This document shows, piece by piece, positions 38,593-48,474 of a stretch of DNA of 64,000 nucleotides (position 1 is its first letter; every line of letters starts with the position of its first letter). The DNA is from a virus. The stretch spans positions 38,656 through 102,655 of IMG/VR virus record IMGVR_UViG_3300033148_007408; one strand, 5' to 3'. Both the position numbers and the translations under genes were made by a program. The notes under the pieces were generated by a model. The model searched no databases. It had not been told where the DNA came from and worked only from the letters and a program-made list of their open reading frames with translations.

Positions 38593-39035
38593 GAAAAAAT
38601 GAGAAATACATATGTCTTTCTGGTATGGCGGATCCTTTACGACTTGGGCATATTAAAATGTTGCAGGAGGCGAGCTTTTATGGTAAGGTTATTTGGATAT
38701 TAAACTCGAATGAGTGGATCGAGAGACGGCGAGGCTATTATTTGATGGATTGGAGTGAACGAGCCGAAATACTACGAGCCTATAAAGAAATTCATGATGT
38801 TGTGCCTGTTGACGATCTTGAGGGCGGAACAGTTGAAGAGGCCTTGATACGAATCAAACCACATTTTTTTGGTAATGGCGGCGACTCAAACCCAGACAAT
38901 ACACCGGAAATTAATATCTGTAATCAACTAGGCATAGAGGTGGTGTTCGGATTGGGTGGAGACAAAATGCACAACTCAGGAGAACTCATAGATGTGGTTG
39001 TCGCATCGATTATTAAAAAATTGGAAAAGTGGTAA
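38589..39035 (+). CDS. Cytidylyltransferase-like nucleotidyltransferase (TagD/RfaE-like; HxGH changed to RLGH)
   Basis: SGMADPLRLGH, LNSNEWI, ERAEIL, GNGGD, NTPE, GLGGDK. Confidence 0.85.
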   Translation: MRKNEKYICLSGMADPLRLGHIKMLQEASFYGKVIWILNSNEWIERRRGYYLMDWSERAEILRAYKEIHDVVPVDDLEGGTVEEALIRIKPHFFGNGGDSNPDNTPEINICNQLGIEVVFGLGGDKMHNSGELIDVVVASIIKKLEKW

Positions 39036-39571
39036 TGAAATATTTGGTTGGGCAGAAGATTAAACTCGAAAAGTTCTGCGATAAGCACATAACAGACGAA
39101 TATATTTCATGGTTAAATGATTCCGAAGTTAATAGATACTTGTGCGTAGGAAGGATTCCAGTGTCGAAATCTGATGTTTCTGTTCCGTCGGGAGATAAAG
39201 ATATTCGATTTGCTATAATTGCGAAACGGAAAAAGTATATCGGAACAATATCTTTACATAAAATTGATTGGATTGATCGACGTGGAGAGATAGGTTATAT
39301 AATAGGCGATAAGAGTTTTTGGGGAAAGGGTGTAGCAAGTGAAGCAATATCTTTGGTGACGGCCTATGGTATTAATAGACTTGGACTTAATAAAATAGTG
39401 GCCGGAGTAATCGAAGGAAATACTGGGTCAATGAAGGTGCTGGAAAAGAATGGGTACAAAGAACATGCCATAGAGTATCAGGAATATTGGTTAGAGGGGA
39501 AGTTTTTAGATTTACACAAGTTTTACATTTTGGCGGAATGGAGGCAACATGACAAGAAAACGAACCATTAA
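39035..39571 (+). CDS. GNAT acetyltransferase (RimJ/PseH-like)
   Basis: YISWLND.EV.RYL, GEIGYIIGDKSFWGKG, NTGSMKVLEKNGY. Confidence 0.9.
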   Translation: MKYLVGQKIKLEKFCDKHITDEYISWLNDSEVNRYLCVGRIPVSKSDVSVPSGDKDIRFAIIAKRKKYIGTISLHKIDWIDRRGEIGYIIGDKSFWGKGVASEAISLVTAYGINRLGLNKIVAGVIEGNTGSMKVLEKNGYKEHAIEYQEYWLEGKFLDLHKFYILAEWRQHDKKTNH

Positions 39572-40691
39572 AGAATGCCAAGACATCGCCAAAGAACATG
39601 GTGGAAAATGCTTATCCTTGGAGTATATAGATGGAAAGACCAAACTTGAGTGGGAGTGTGGAGAGCATCACATATGGCATACTGCCCCAAATAATATATT
39701 TAACAGCGGTTGCTGGTGCCCCGAGTGTGTTGCAAATCGTCAAAAATTGACGATTGAAATGTGTCAAGAACATGCAAAAGGCAAAGGTGGCAAGTGTCTA
39801 TCGGCAGAATATAAAAACGCATTATCCAAACTTGAGTGGGAATGTAAAGAGGGACATATTTGGAGTGTAACTCCGAATCAAGTATTAAATAATGATACTT
39901 GGTGTGCCCAATGCGTTAAGGTGGCAAAATTATCCATTGAAATTTGTCAAGAATACGCAGAAAGTAAAAAGGGCAAATGTTTATCGATTGAATATATTAA
40001 TAGCAAAACAAAGCTTGAATGGGAATGTGAAGAAAAGCATACGTGGTTCGCAACTCCGAGTAATATTTTTTTCAGCACCTGGTGTCCACAATGTTGCAGT
40101 AATTTTAAGAAAACTATCGAAGAGTGCAAAGATTATGCCGAAAGTAAAGGTGGAGAGTGTTTATCGGTTGAATACATAAATAGCAAGACCAAACTACTGT
40201 GGAAATGCGGGTGCGGTTATATTTGGGAGGCAACGCCGGGCCATGTTTTGACGGGCACCTGGTGTCCATTATGCGCAAAGCCGGGCGACAAAATCAGAGG
40301 AAGGGTTTTATCTATATTGAAAAGTATTTTTATGCCCCCCGAATGTAAGATAGAAATAAACAAAAAAGGTTTCAAGTGGCTGATAGGCCCAAATAACGGA
40401 GAAATGGAGTTGGATTTCTATATTTATAACAAGGCATTTACTCTGGGCATAGAATACGACGGAGAACAACACTTCAAGCCCGTTCAATTTGGTGGAATAA
40501 GTATGAAAAGGGCAAGAGAGAACTTTAAAGCACAAAAGAAACGAGACAGAAAGAAAAATAAGTTACTTAGGGAACATAAGGATAATATTATGTATTTTGT
40601 AAGATTTAATTGTAAGGAAAAAATAACCAAAGAGTTCGTCGCAGACAAGCTCATAAAATTTGGAGTTCCGCGGGAGTTTATGAATGTCTAA
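39549..40691 (+). CDS. Endonuclease with four Zn-ribbon repeats and a Vsr-like domain; paralog of 37474-38592
   Basis: Same repeat unit; ELDFY...GIEYDGEQHFKPVQFGG. Confidence 0.88.
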   Translation: MTRKRTIKECQDIAKEHGGKCLSLEYIDGKTKLEWECGEHHIWHTAPNNIFNSGCWCPECVANRQKLTIEMCQEHAKGKGGKCLSAEYKNALSKLEWECKEGHIWSVTPNQVLNNDTWCAQCVKVAKLSIEICQEYAESKKGKCLSIEYINSKTKLEWECEEKHTWFATPSNIFFSTWCPQCCSNFKKTIEECKDYAESKGGECLSVEYINSKTKLLWKCGCGYIWEATPGHVLTGTWCPLCAKPGDKIRGRVLSILKSIFMPPECKIEINKKGFKWLIGPNNGEMELDFYIYNKAFTLGIEYDGEQHFKPVQFGGISMKRARENFKAQKKRDRKKNKLLREHKDNIMYFVRFNCKEKITKEFVADKLIKFGVPREFMNV

Positions 40692-41955
40692 TAATAAAGC
40701 AAAAGACCTATTAAAAAGAGCACTTAAGGTCACCCCCAGAGCGACCCAAGTAATGTCCAAAGGTTTTCAAATGTGGTGTTTGGATGATAACTTTCCTATA
40801 TTTATTGAGAGCGGAAAAGGCTGCAAGATGAAGTCAGTAGATGGGCAGATTTTTATAGACACAATGGGGGCTTTGGGTCCTAACATTCTCGGTTATTGCC
40901 ATCGAAAAGTGGATACTGCGATAAAGAAACAGCTATCAAAAGGCATCATATTTAGTTTACCCTCACCGCTGGAAACTGAATTGGGTGAATTGCTGTGTGA
41001 GGTAATCCCGTGTTGCGAAAAAGTACGGTATTGTAAGAATGGCTCTGATGCTGTGTCTGGTGCTATTCGTGCAGCTCGTTCTTATTCCGACAAAGACCAT
41101 ATACTCTGCGTTCGAGGAGGATATAATGGCTGGTCGGATTCTGTGGCTGCAGCTTCTCAACGTCCATATGGTATTCCTGGTGTTTTAGCACAGTTTGTAG
41201 ATTTTTTCGAGTATAATAACCTACGAGCGCTGGAAGAGAAACTAGAAACTAATAGATTTGCCTGTGTGCTTATGGAGCCGGTTTCATTAGAGGCTCCGAA
41301 AAAAGGGTTTCTGGAGGGTGTGCGCGAGTTGTGTGATAAATACAAAGTTGTTTTAATCTTCGACGAAATGATAACTGGTGCAAGGTGGGCATTGGGCGGA
41401 GCGCAAGAATATTATGGAGTAACGCCGGATTTGGCTTGTTTTGGAAAAGCAATCGCAAATGGAATGCCACTTGCTTTTATATGCGGGAAAGATGAGTTTA
41501 TGAAAGAGTTCGAGCATGTTTTCTTTTCGGCTACTTTTTTTGGTGAAACTTTATCTTTGGCTGCGGCGATAGCAACAATAAAAGAAATGCAAAATAAAAA
41601 AGTGCATAAACATATATGGCGTCAGGGAAGAAGAATAAGGCGAAAGTTCCTAGAATGCTGTAAAAAGTATGAAGTAAATGCCGAGGTACTTGGTTTGGCG
41701 CCCAGAATGAACTTTAAGTTTAATCATGAAGACGAAGTCGGTGTGCGAGATCTGTTTCATAAAGAGATGATTAAACGAGGAATATTTATCGGCATTCAGG
41801 TTTATGCTACATGGGCGACAAAGAAAAAAGATATAGATGTGGTCTTATCTGCAATGGATGAAAGTTTGGAAATAGTCGGTAAAGCCATTAAAGAAAATAG
41901 AGTGGACGAATGCTTGGGCGGAAAAAGATCCATGACAATATTTAAGAGGCAATAA
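40684..41955 (+). CDS. Class III PLP aminotransferase (GSA-aminomutase-like, sugar-modifying type)
   Basis: KNGSDAV, LIFDEMITG, PDLACFGKAIANGMPL, SATFFGE. Confidence 0.9.
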   Translation: MSNNKAKDLLKRALKVTPRATQVMSKGFQMWCLDDNFPIFIESGKGCKMKSVDGQIFIDTMGALGPNILGYCHRKVDTAIKKQLSKGIIFSLPSPLETELGELLCEVIPCCEKVRYCKNGSDAVSGAIRAARSYSDKDHILCVRGGYNGWSDSVAAASQRPYGIPGVLAQFVDFFEYNNLRALEEKLETNRFACVLMEPVSLEAPKKGFLEGVRELCDKYKVVLIFDEMITGARWALGGAQEYYGVTPDLACFGKAIANGMPLAFICGKDEFMKEFEHVFFSATFFGETLSLAAAIATIKEMQNKKVHKHIWRQGRRIRRKFLECCKKYEVNAEVLGLAPRMNFKFNHEDEVGVRDLFHKEMIKRGIFIGIQVYATWATKKKDIDVVLSAMDESLEIVGKAIKENRVDECLGGKRSMTIFKRQ

Positions 41956-41957
41956 TT

Positions 41958-43046
41958 ATGATAAATGGATTGTTTTTAGATCCTAGATCGTGGAAGATAG
42001 ATTATTTATCCTCCCCCTATTGGAATCCCAAAAAATATGGGGTTAATATAGATTTGCACCCGAATGCATTTAGAATCCCGCAAATGGGAATAGATAAAAA
42101 ATATAAGTTTGTTATTGCTACTGAAGTCTGGGAGATTCCGATACACAAAACATTGGATTATCTGCGCAAAAAAGGACTTAAGGTTTTTTTGGTGCCGAGA
42201 GAGATAGCTCCTCCAGTCATGATGTTTAATGAGGAAAAATTCAAGCACAATGGAAAATGTTTTTTTATGCCAGACAAGTTGTTATCTGCTGGTGAGAGAT
42301 ATGCCAGTTTATGGCGCAATGTCAATATAGAAAAGGAATCTATTGGGCATCCACGGTTTGATATCTACTTAAAACCGAATCTTTGGAAAACTCGTAAACA
42401 GATTTTAAAAAGATTTGGAATAGAGCCGGATAAAAAGATTATATTTTTCCCCTCATTTCCCCCTTTCGCATTACAGACGGTTAATGGCAAAAATGAAATG
42501 GCCGATTTACAAGATGATTTACAAAGTATAATGCGTTCGCTAGAGCAGTTTGCTTTAAATAATGATGGTGTTCAGGTTATAGTAAAAATTCACCCCTATG
42601 CGCAAAAATGTTATAATAAAAAAATTGGATTTGGAAACGAGGTAAGCGGATTATTAAAGAAATATTACAAGCACCCTACAAAAAACATTAAAGTTATTGG
42701 TGATATTCGTAATGATTCCAGTGTGTCTAGGGAGATGATTATTATTGCTGATATTGTTACAGGATATACGAGCATGATGTTGCTTGAGGCAGCGATAATT
42801 AATAAGCCCATCGTTCATATAGAGTTTGTGCAGGCAAGAAAGTTATTAAGCTCTATTCCAGAGTTTAATAAACACCTGTACACGGTTCAAACGCCAGACA
42901 GTTTGGGTGTTGCGTTAAAAGACGTAATGCTGAATAAAACCAACCAAAAGTATATGGCGGATCCAAATATAATTGAATACTATTTGCATAAAATCGATGG
43001 AAAGTTTTGTGAAAGGCTTTGTGCAAATATAAAAAAATATAAATAG
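41958..43046 (+). CDS. GT-B-fold CDP-glycerol glycerophosphotransferase/sialyltransferase-like protein
   Basis: IGHPRFD, IIFFPS, IVKIHP, ADIVTGYTSMMLLEAAIINKP, DGKFCERL. Confidence 0.7.
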   Translation: MINGLFLDPRSWKIDYLSSPYWNPKKYGVNIDLHPNAFRIPQMGIDKKYKFVIATEVWEIPIHKTLDYLRKKGLKVFLVPREIAPPVMMFNEEKFKHNGKCFFMPDKLLSAGERYASLWRNVNIEKESIGHPRFDIYLKPNLWKTRKQILKRFGIEPDKKIIFFPSFPPFALQTVNGKNEMADLQDDLQSIMRSLEQFALNNDGVQVIVKIHPYAQKCYNKKIGFGNEVSGLLKKYYKHPTKNIKVIGDIRNDSSVSREMIIIADIVTGYTSMMLLEAAIINKPIVHIEFVQARKLLSSIPEFNKHLYTVQTPDSLGVALKDVMLNKTNQKYMADPNIIEYYLHKIDGKFCERLCANIKKYK

Positions 43047-43053
43047 GGCATCG

Positions 43054-44416
43054 ATGAACATTTTGGTAATAAATATTTCTATGCGTCCGCAGTTGGAGGC
43101 AAAATTATTTCCAGTTGGCCTCGGATATATATGTACGGCTATGAAAAACGCTGGGTTGAAATTTGATCTCGTTGATATAGATGCCCATAGATATTCTTAC
43201 GAAAAAGTTGCCCGGATTATATCAGAAAAAAAATATGACGTAGTGTGTATGGGTTGTATAGTCACTGGGTATTCAAAAGTCAAAAGTTTATGTTCGGTTG
43301 TTAGGGGGATTCACCCTGACTCGAAAATTATAGTGGGAAATTCGGTGGCAACATCTATACCAAATATATTATTGAACAATACGGAAGCCGATATAGCAGT
43401 AATGTCCGAGGGTGATGAAACTATAATAGACTTATTGCAATGTATTGACACTGGCGATGATTTAAGCAAAGTGAACGGTATAGCATTTAAAACTGCGAGT
43501 GAAATTATTCGCACGCAGACAAGAAAACCAATATCTGATATATCATCATTGCCGTTTATAGATTTTGATATATTTGATGTTGAGACATATATAACGAACG
43601 CAAATATACACGAGTCGAAGGTTTCTACAGTAAATAGGCCAAGAGCATTGCCAGTCAATACAGCCAGAGGGTGTATTGCAAACTGTACATTTTGTTACCA
43701 TGTGTTTAAAGGGGTTAAATATAGATATAGAACCTCCAAATCTATTGTTAATGAAATTAAAAACTTAGTCGACAAATATAATATAAATTATGTCCAAATG
43801 TGGGACGAGTTGACTCTTTTTTCCAAGACTCGGGCGGAATCTTTGGCTCAGGAAATTATTGACGCCGGCCTTAAAATTAATTGGACGGCACAATGTAGGG
43901 CTAATTTATTTACAGAAGACGGAGACCTGAGGATAATAGAAAAGTTAAAAAACGGAGTCGTCGGATGCGGAAATACTGAATGATATGAATAAAAAAATCT
44001 CTGTCAAACAATTTTCCAAGCAAACATCTTTGTTGCAAAAGGTCGATATGGCAACATGGACATCATTGGTATTTGGCTATCCGAGGGAGAGCACAAATAC
44101 AATACGCGCAACATTTGATTGCTGTATAGAGAATAATATTTATCCGTCAGTCGGATATCTTTTACCACAACCGGGATCCATAATGTACAAATATGCCTTG
44201 GATAATGGGTTTATAGATAATGAGGAAGAATATCTGTTAAAAATAGGAGATAGGCAGGATTTAACCATTAATCTAACCACAATGAACAATAGAGAGTTTG
44301 AGAATGCCGTCTCGCTAGGTATTCGCAGATGTAATAAAGAAATGAAAATGGGATTGGGCGAAAATCTGATAAAAACGAAATCCTTTAGGGGATCGAAGGT
44401 ATCAAGAAAGCAATAA
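43054..44416 (+). pseudogene. B12-binding radical SAM enzyme, split by an apparent ~29-nt deletion near 43954
   Basis: FPVGLGYI, TARGCIANCTFC, WDELT. After KLKN the +1 frame resumes ESSDAEILNDMNKK; the intact paralog at 48471 has AGCCGMGYSL at this point. Confidence 0.85.
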
Positions 44417-44436
44417 AAAACATGCGTTGCTGATCG

Positions 44437-44450
44437 AATATAAACAGAGG
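44437..44450 (+). promoter_or_regulatory. Class B motif core (AATATAAAC) joined to an AGAGG RBS
   Basis: Intergenic; partial match to the 8725 and 63592 copies. Confidence 0.4.
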
Positions 44451-44460
44451 TTAATTTTTA

Positions 44461-45468
44461 ATGGCTCGTGGACCAACTAAAAAATTCTATAAGGCGCTCG
44501 GTGAAGAATACGTGGAAGGCACTTTAACGTGTCTTAAACCCGAGGTGATTAAAAAAAGAATCAATTTAGAATTTCCACTAGTTTTGAATGTGGAGCCTAC
44601 CAATGTTTGTAATGCGCATTGTTATTATTGCCCTCAAAAAATGATAATTAAAGCTCGTGGTGCAAATTATCTAAGTTTTGATGATTTCAAAAAAATAGCA
44701 GACCAGGTGTCTGCATCTGGCAATAAACTAATTATGTTAAACCTCCATAAAGACGGAGAGCCACTTTTGCATAAAGACCTGCCGTCAATGGTAGAATATG
44801 CAAAGAAAAAAGATATAGCAAAGACAATTCATTTAAACACGAATGGCACTTTGATTAATACTAAAGTTGGCAGGGGTATTATTGAGAAAAATATCAATGA
44901 CATAACGATAAGTGTTGACGCCTCATTGGAAAAAACCTATTTTAAACTCAAGGGAATCAAGGGGCTCCAAAAATTAGAGGAAGATATTAAAAGAGTCATA
45001 GAGTTTAGGGATAAAGTCAATAGCCAGACTACGATCAGAGTGAAAATAATGGAGTTTGGAGGTCTCGAAGATGAAGAGGTTGATATGTTTGTCGATAAAT
45101 GGACCGATATTGCCGATCAGGTTCAAGTTACGGGCATACATAATTGGAGTGGAGCCATTAAGAAATTAAAAATAACTGACGAACAAAGTGCCAGCAGATA
45201 TCCTTGTGCTTTGCTTTGGTATATGCTTGCAATAAATAGTAACGGACAAGTGAGCATATGTAGTGTGGATTGGAATTGTTCGGGGGTTGTGGGCGATATA
45301 CACAAACAGAGCATTAAAGAAATCTGGAATGGAAAAAGCATACGAGAGATTAGGAAAAAGCAACTAGAGGGCGTGTGGAACTGCCCGAGTGTTTGTGAGA
45401 AGTGCGTTGTTTGGGTGGGCGTCGGAGACATGTGGGAATATTTGAAAACAAGAAAAGAGTTTATTTAA
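44461..45468 (+). CDS. Radical SAM/SPASM domain protein
   Basis: EPTNVCNAHCYYC, GEPLLH, NTNG; SPASM segment YPC...GQVSICSVDW...IKEIWNG...CEKC. Confidence 0.92.
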   Translation: MARGPTKKFYKALGEEYVEGTLTCLKPEVIKKRINLEFPLVLNVEPTNVCNAHCYYCPQKMIIKARGANYLSFDDFKKIADQVSASGNKLIMLNLHKDGEPLLHKDLPSMVEYAKKKDIAKTIHLNTNGTLINTKVGRGIIEKNINDITISVDASLEKTYFKLKGIKGLQKLEEDIKRVIEFRDKVNSQTTIRVKIMEFGGLEDEEVDMFVDKWTDIADQVQVTGIHNWSGAIKKLKITDEQSASRYPCALLWYMLAINSNGQVSICSVDWNCSGVVGDIHKQSIKEIWNGKSIREIRKKQLEGVWNCPSVCEKCVVWVGVGDMWEYLKTRKEFI

Positions 45469-45470
45469 CA

Positions 45471-46592
45471 ATGAAGAAAATATTATATGTACTTACCTCT
45501 TTGTCTCACAAACGTTGCTATGAATCCTTTGTAGAACGTAATGATTGTGCTCAAATGATAGCGGGACTAAAGCCGGTTATTACTCAAAAAATAATTCCAG
45601 AAGATTATAGCGATTTCAATATAAAAAATATCAAATTTTATTCTAACAAAAAAGATCTTCAAGGCATAGTAAATAGTTTTCGTCCAGATATATATGTTCA
45701 GGCGTCTATTCCCTGTGCCGATGGGATTAAACTTCCGAGTGGCTGCAAGAAAGTTTATTTAAGTCACGGACTTATTGGCAATCATGTTAAGGGTATCGTA
45801 AAATCATTGCCCGGTAGTGTGCCCAAATGGCGTGGATGTGATTTATATTGTGGCGGAACTAAAATATTTGAGGATTGGATTAAATATTCGGCCAAATGCA
45901 GCTCATCAAAAATATTATTAAATGCCGTACCTCAATTTGATTTAATAAAAAGCCCAAACTATTACAATTCTTACAGAGACGAGATTATATCAAATAGTCG
46001 TAATCCCCATGCATCTAAGGTTATATTATTTGCGGGGTTTTGTTGTCGAGAGCGTGATGACTTTAAGGCACACAATGAGGATTATTTTAAGACAGTTATT
46101 GAGTTGGAAAGATTGGCAATGAAACATAATTGGTTGGTAATGGTAAAACCTCGACAGTATTACCCCAAGATGATGAAGTTTCTTAAAGCACAAAAGTGGG
46201 GCAACAAATATTATAAAAAGTATGCCGAGATCCAAAAAAGCAAATATCTTCATTTTATTACTACCACCGGACATATTTATAGATATTTTTTTGCAGATAT
46301 ATTTGTGTTAAACGGGTGTTCTACAATAGAAATAGAAGCATGTATTGCTCAAAAACCATTAATCGCGGTCAGGACAAACAAACTAATAACGAAAGACACA
46401 TATGACCCATACAATACAGTAAGTTTTGGCGCAGCGCATGAAATCAAACGTATAGAAAGCTTAGAGGGGTGTCTTTTGAATGTCGATTTTGGAGATAAAT
46501 TGGTTAAACAAAAACAACTTATAGATAATATGAAACTAACGATAGATGGCAAAATGCACGAAAGAATACAAAATAAATTGAGAGATTTATAG
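45471..46592 (+). CDS. Divergent GT-B (TagF-like) putative transferase, family A; paralog of 52635
   Basis: YLSHG, PQFDL, ILFAG, NWLVMVKP, YFFADI...STIEIEACIAQKP. Confidence 0.6.
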   Translation: MKKILYVLTSLSHKRCYESFVERNDCAQMIAGLKPVITQKIIPEDYSDFNIKNIKFYSNKKDLQGIVNSFRPDIYVQASIPCADGIKLPSGCKKVYLSHGLIGNHVKGIVKSLPGSVPKWRGCDLYCGGTKIFEDWIKYSAKCSSSKILLNAVPQFDLIKSPNYYNSYRDEIISNSRNPHASKVILFAGFCCRERDDFKAHNEDYFKTVIELERLAMKHNWLVMVKPRQYYPKMMKFLKAQKWGNKYYKKYAEIQKSKYLHFITTTGHIYRYFFADIFVLNGCSTIEIEACIAQKPLIAVRTNKLITKDTYDPYNTVSFGAAHEIKRIESLEGCLLNVDFGDKLVKQKQLIDNMKLTIDGKMHERIQNKLRDL

Positions 46593-46594
46593 GA

Positions 46595-47680
46595 ATGAAA
46601 ATTGGTATAATATTACGCGGAATGAGCGAACTTAAAGTTTTACAGCCTATAATGGAATATTTATGCCATCTAAAGGTGCAATACTTTCTGTTTGTGCCAA
46701 CCGAAAGGCACGGCAGTGTTAAGAAAAGATACAATGTGCTTAGTGTGGATAGAATTAATATGTCATCTCGAAAAACACTTGATGGTGCCGAAAAAACAAT
46801 AACATTTAATGATTTGTTTGAAGTGGTTCCAAAAATAGAAGATCTTGAAATAGAAAAACTTCTAATGGTTGAAGCGCCAAGATTTAGAAAATTTTTATCA
46901 AGTGTTGGAAAAACATGTCGCATTTATTCTATTAGTTATTTTAGTGATTCGTGTTTCAAAAAGAAAAACAGAATGTGTGTAGATGACATTCGTAAAATTT
47001 ATCATACGACCTCACACTGTATGAGGATGTTTCATAAGTTTTACGATATGGAGTTTGATCAAAATAGAGATATGTTGCTTGGCTCTCCTCTTTTTGACTG
47101 TTTGCCTCGAAGCAATTCAAAAAACGGAATCATTTTGTTCGCTCCAAATCTATATGAACAAAATCTTCCTGCTACTTTTGGAACGCCGAACAAGATGGCT
47201 CGACTTATTAGAAAAATAATGAGAGAGGGGTCGGACTCAATAATAATAAAATCAAGATGGAAACAATATCTACCCAAAAGAACAAAAAATGAGTTTAGAA
47301 ATGTCATATATTACGATGGTGGCATTATGTATCCAACTGTGTCGTCAAAATTATTTGCCAAATCGTCTATTTCCATGATGTTCTATTCAAGCACAATATA
47401 TGAAGCGATTTTTGCCGGCCAGTATGTAATAAACTGTCATATAAATTTCGGAAGATGGAAGACACACGAGAAAGTTAGAGATTATATGACGCCATTGTAT
47501 AAAAATGTTGATGGTCTGATAGAGAATATTACTATGAACACAATAGCAAATCGCCAATTATCTTTCAAAAATAAGCAGGCAGATCCACAAAAAGCCCAAG
47601 AATGGATAGAAAATTTTATTATGCCGGAGATAATAACAGACAGTTATAAAAGAATAGTGGATGATTTTCTGGCAGATTAG
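46595..47680 (+). CDS. Divergent GT-B putative transferase, family B
   Basis: ELKVLQPI, YSISYFSDS, LGSPLFD, IKSRWK, MFYSSTIYEAIFAGQYVIN. Confidence 0.5.
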   Translation: MKIGIILRGMSELKVLQPIMEYLCHLKVQYFLFVPTERHGSVKKRYNVLSVDRINMSSRKTLDGAEKTITFNDLFEVVPKIEDLEIEKLLMVEAPRFRKFLSSVGKTCRIYSISYFSDSCFKKKNRMCVDDIRKIYHTTSHCMRMFHKFYDMEFDQNRDMLLGSPLFDCLPRSNSKNGIILFAPNLYEQNLPATFGTPNKMARLIRKIMREGSDSIIIKSRWKQYLPKRTKNEFRNVIYYDGGIMYPTVSSKLFAKSSISMMFYSSTIYEAIFAGQYVINCHINFGRWKTHEKVRDYMTPLYKNVDGLIENITMNTIANRQLSFKNKQADPQKAQEWIENFIMPEIITDSYKRIVDDFLAD

Positions 47681-47688
47681 AGGTAAAT

Positions 47689-48474
47689 GTGGCGATACTA
47701 AAAGAATACTTGAATAAAAAATATGATACTCCGCAGAATCTTAAAGACAAATACAATGGTTCTGAAATTCTAATAGTTGGCACGGGAAATTCTACTATTG
47801 ATCTGGTTAAATATAAAGATCGCCTAAAAGACAAGTTTGGTGTTGTGATAGGGTTAAATTATTCAACAAAAGATTTTGAGAGCGTGATGGATTTTAGATT
47901 GATAGTGGAGAAAAAGGCTGATGGGTTTTTGAAAGATTTAGATGGTCGGGAATATAGACGGGATTTGCCACATATTATAAATTGGAAGTCCATAGATAAA
48001 TACCCAAGAGATTTGCCATTATATAAAACTACGCGATCTAATTTCAACTTCAATCCGCGTATTAGAGAATATGGATATAATGGCAGTGAGGGGCTTTTGA
48101 TAGGCCCACCAGATACTACCGGACTTTCTGCTGGTACTGCTGCATGTCAAGCATTGCATTTGGCTTGCATTATGGGTGCCAAAAGCGTATATTTGATTGG
48201 TTGTGATTTAATGTTCAAAGCGGGTGGTGATCATTATTATGGCGGAGATTATTATGCCAAATCAGTGACTAAACCGGCAAACAGATCTCCTATCGTAAAT
48301 ATAATAAAGGACGGAAAAGAACATAGAACGACTGAATTCTTTCTAAACAGCGCTCGGTTTATTGATTTTATTGTTGAAAAATATTGTAGGCGGGCGGGCG
48401 TAAATGTATATGATTTTTCGAGCGGACTAATAGTTAAAGCGAAAAAACAAAACTTGGGTGAGTTTTTTAAATGA
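47689..48474 (+). CDS. Maf/DUF115 (MptE-like) putative nonulosonate transferase 1
   Basis: ILIVGTGNST, VIGLN, GTAACQALHLACIMGAKSVYLIGCDL, DHYY. Confidence 0.8.
   Translation: MAILKEYLNKKYDTPQNLKDKYNGSEILIVGTGNSTIDLVKYKDRLKDKFGVVIGLNYSTKDFESVMDFRLIVEKKADGFLKDLDGREYRRDLPHIINWKSIDKYPRDLPLYKTTRSNFNFNPRIREYGYNGSEGLLIGPPDTTGLSAGTAACQALHLACIMGAKSVYLIGCDLMFKAGGDHYYGGDYYAKSVTKPANRSPIVNIIKDGKEHRTTEFFLNSARFIDFIVEKYCRRAGVNVYDFSSGLIVKAKKQNLGEFFK

Noticed and set aside
37490-40270. CRISPR array or diversity-generating retroelement repeats
   Set aside because: The repeats are in-frame ~183-nt coding units; there is no repeat-spacer structure, and no reverse transcriptase or cas gene in the window.
40684-41955. 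hemL (tetrapyrrole synthesis)
   Set aside because: Same fold family, but the context is SpsF/NeuB sugar genes with no other hem genes, so no symbol was assigned.
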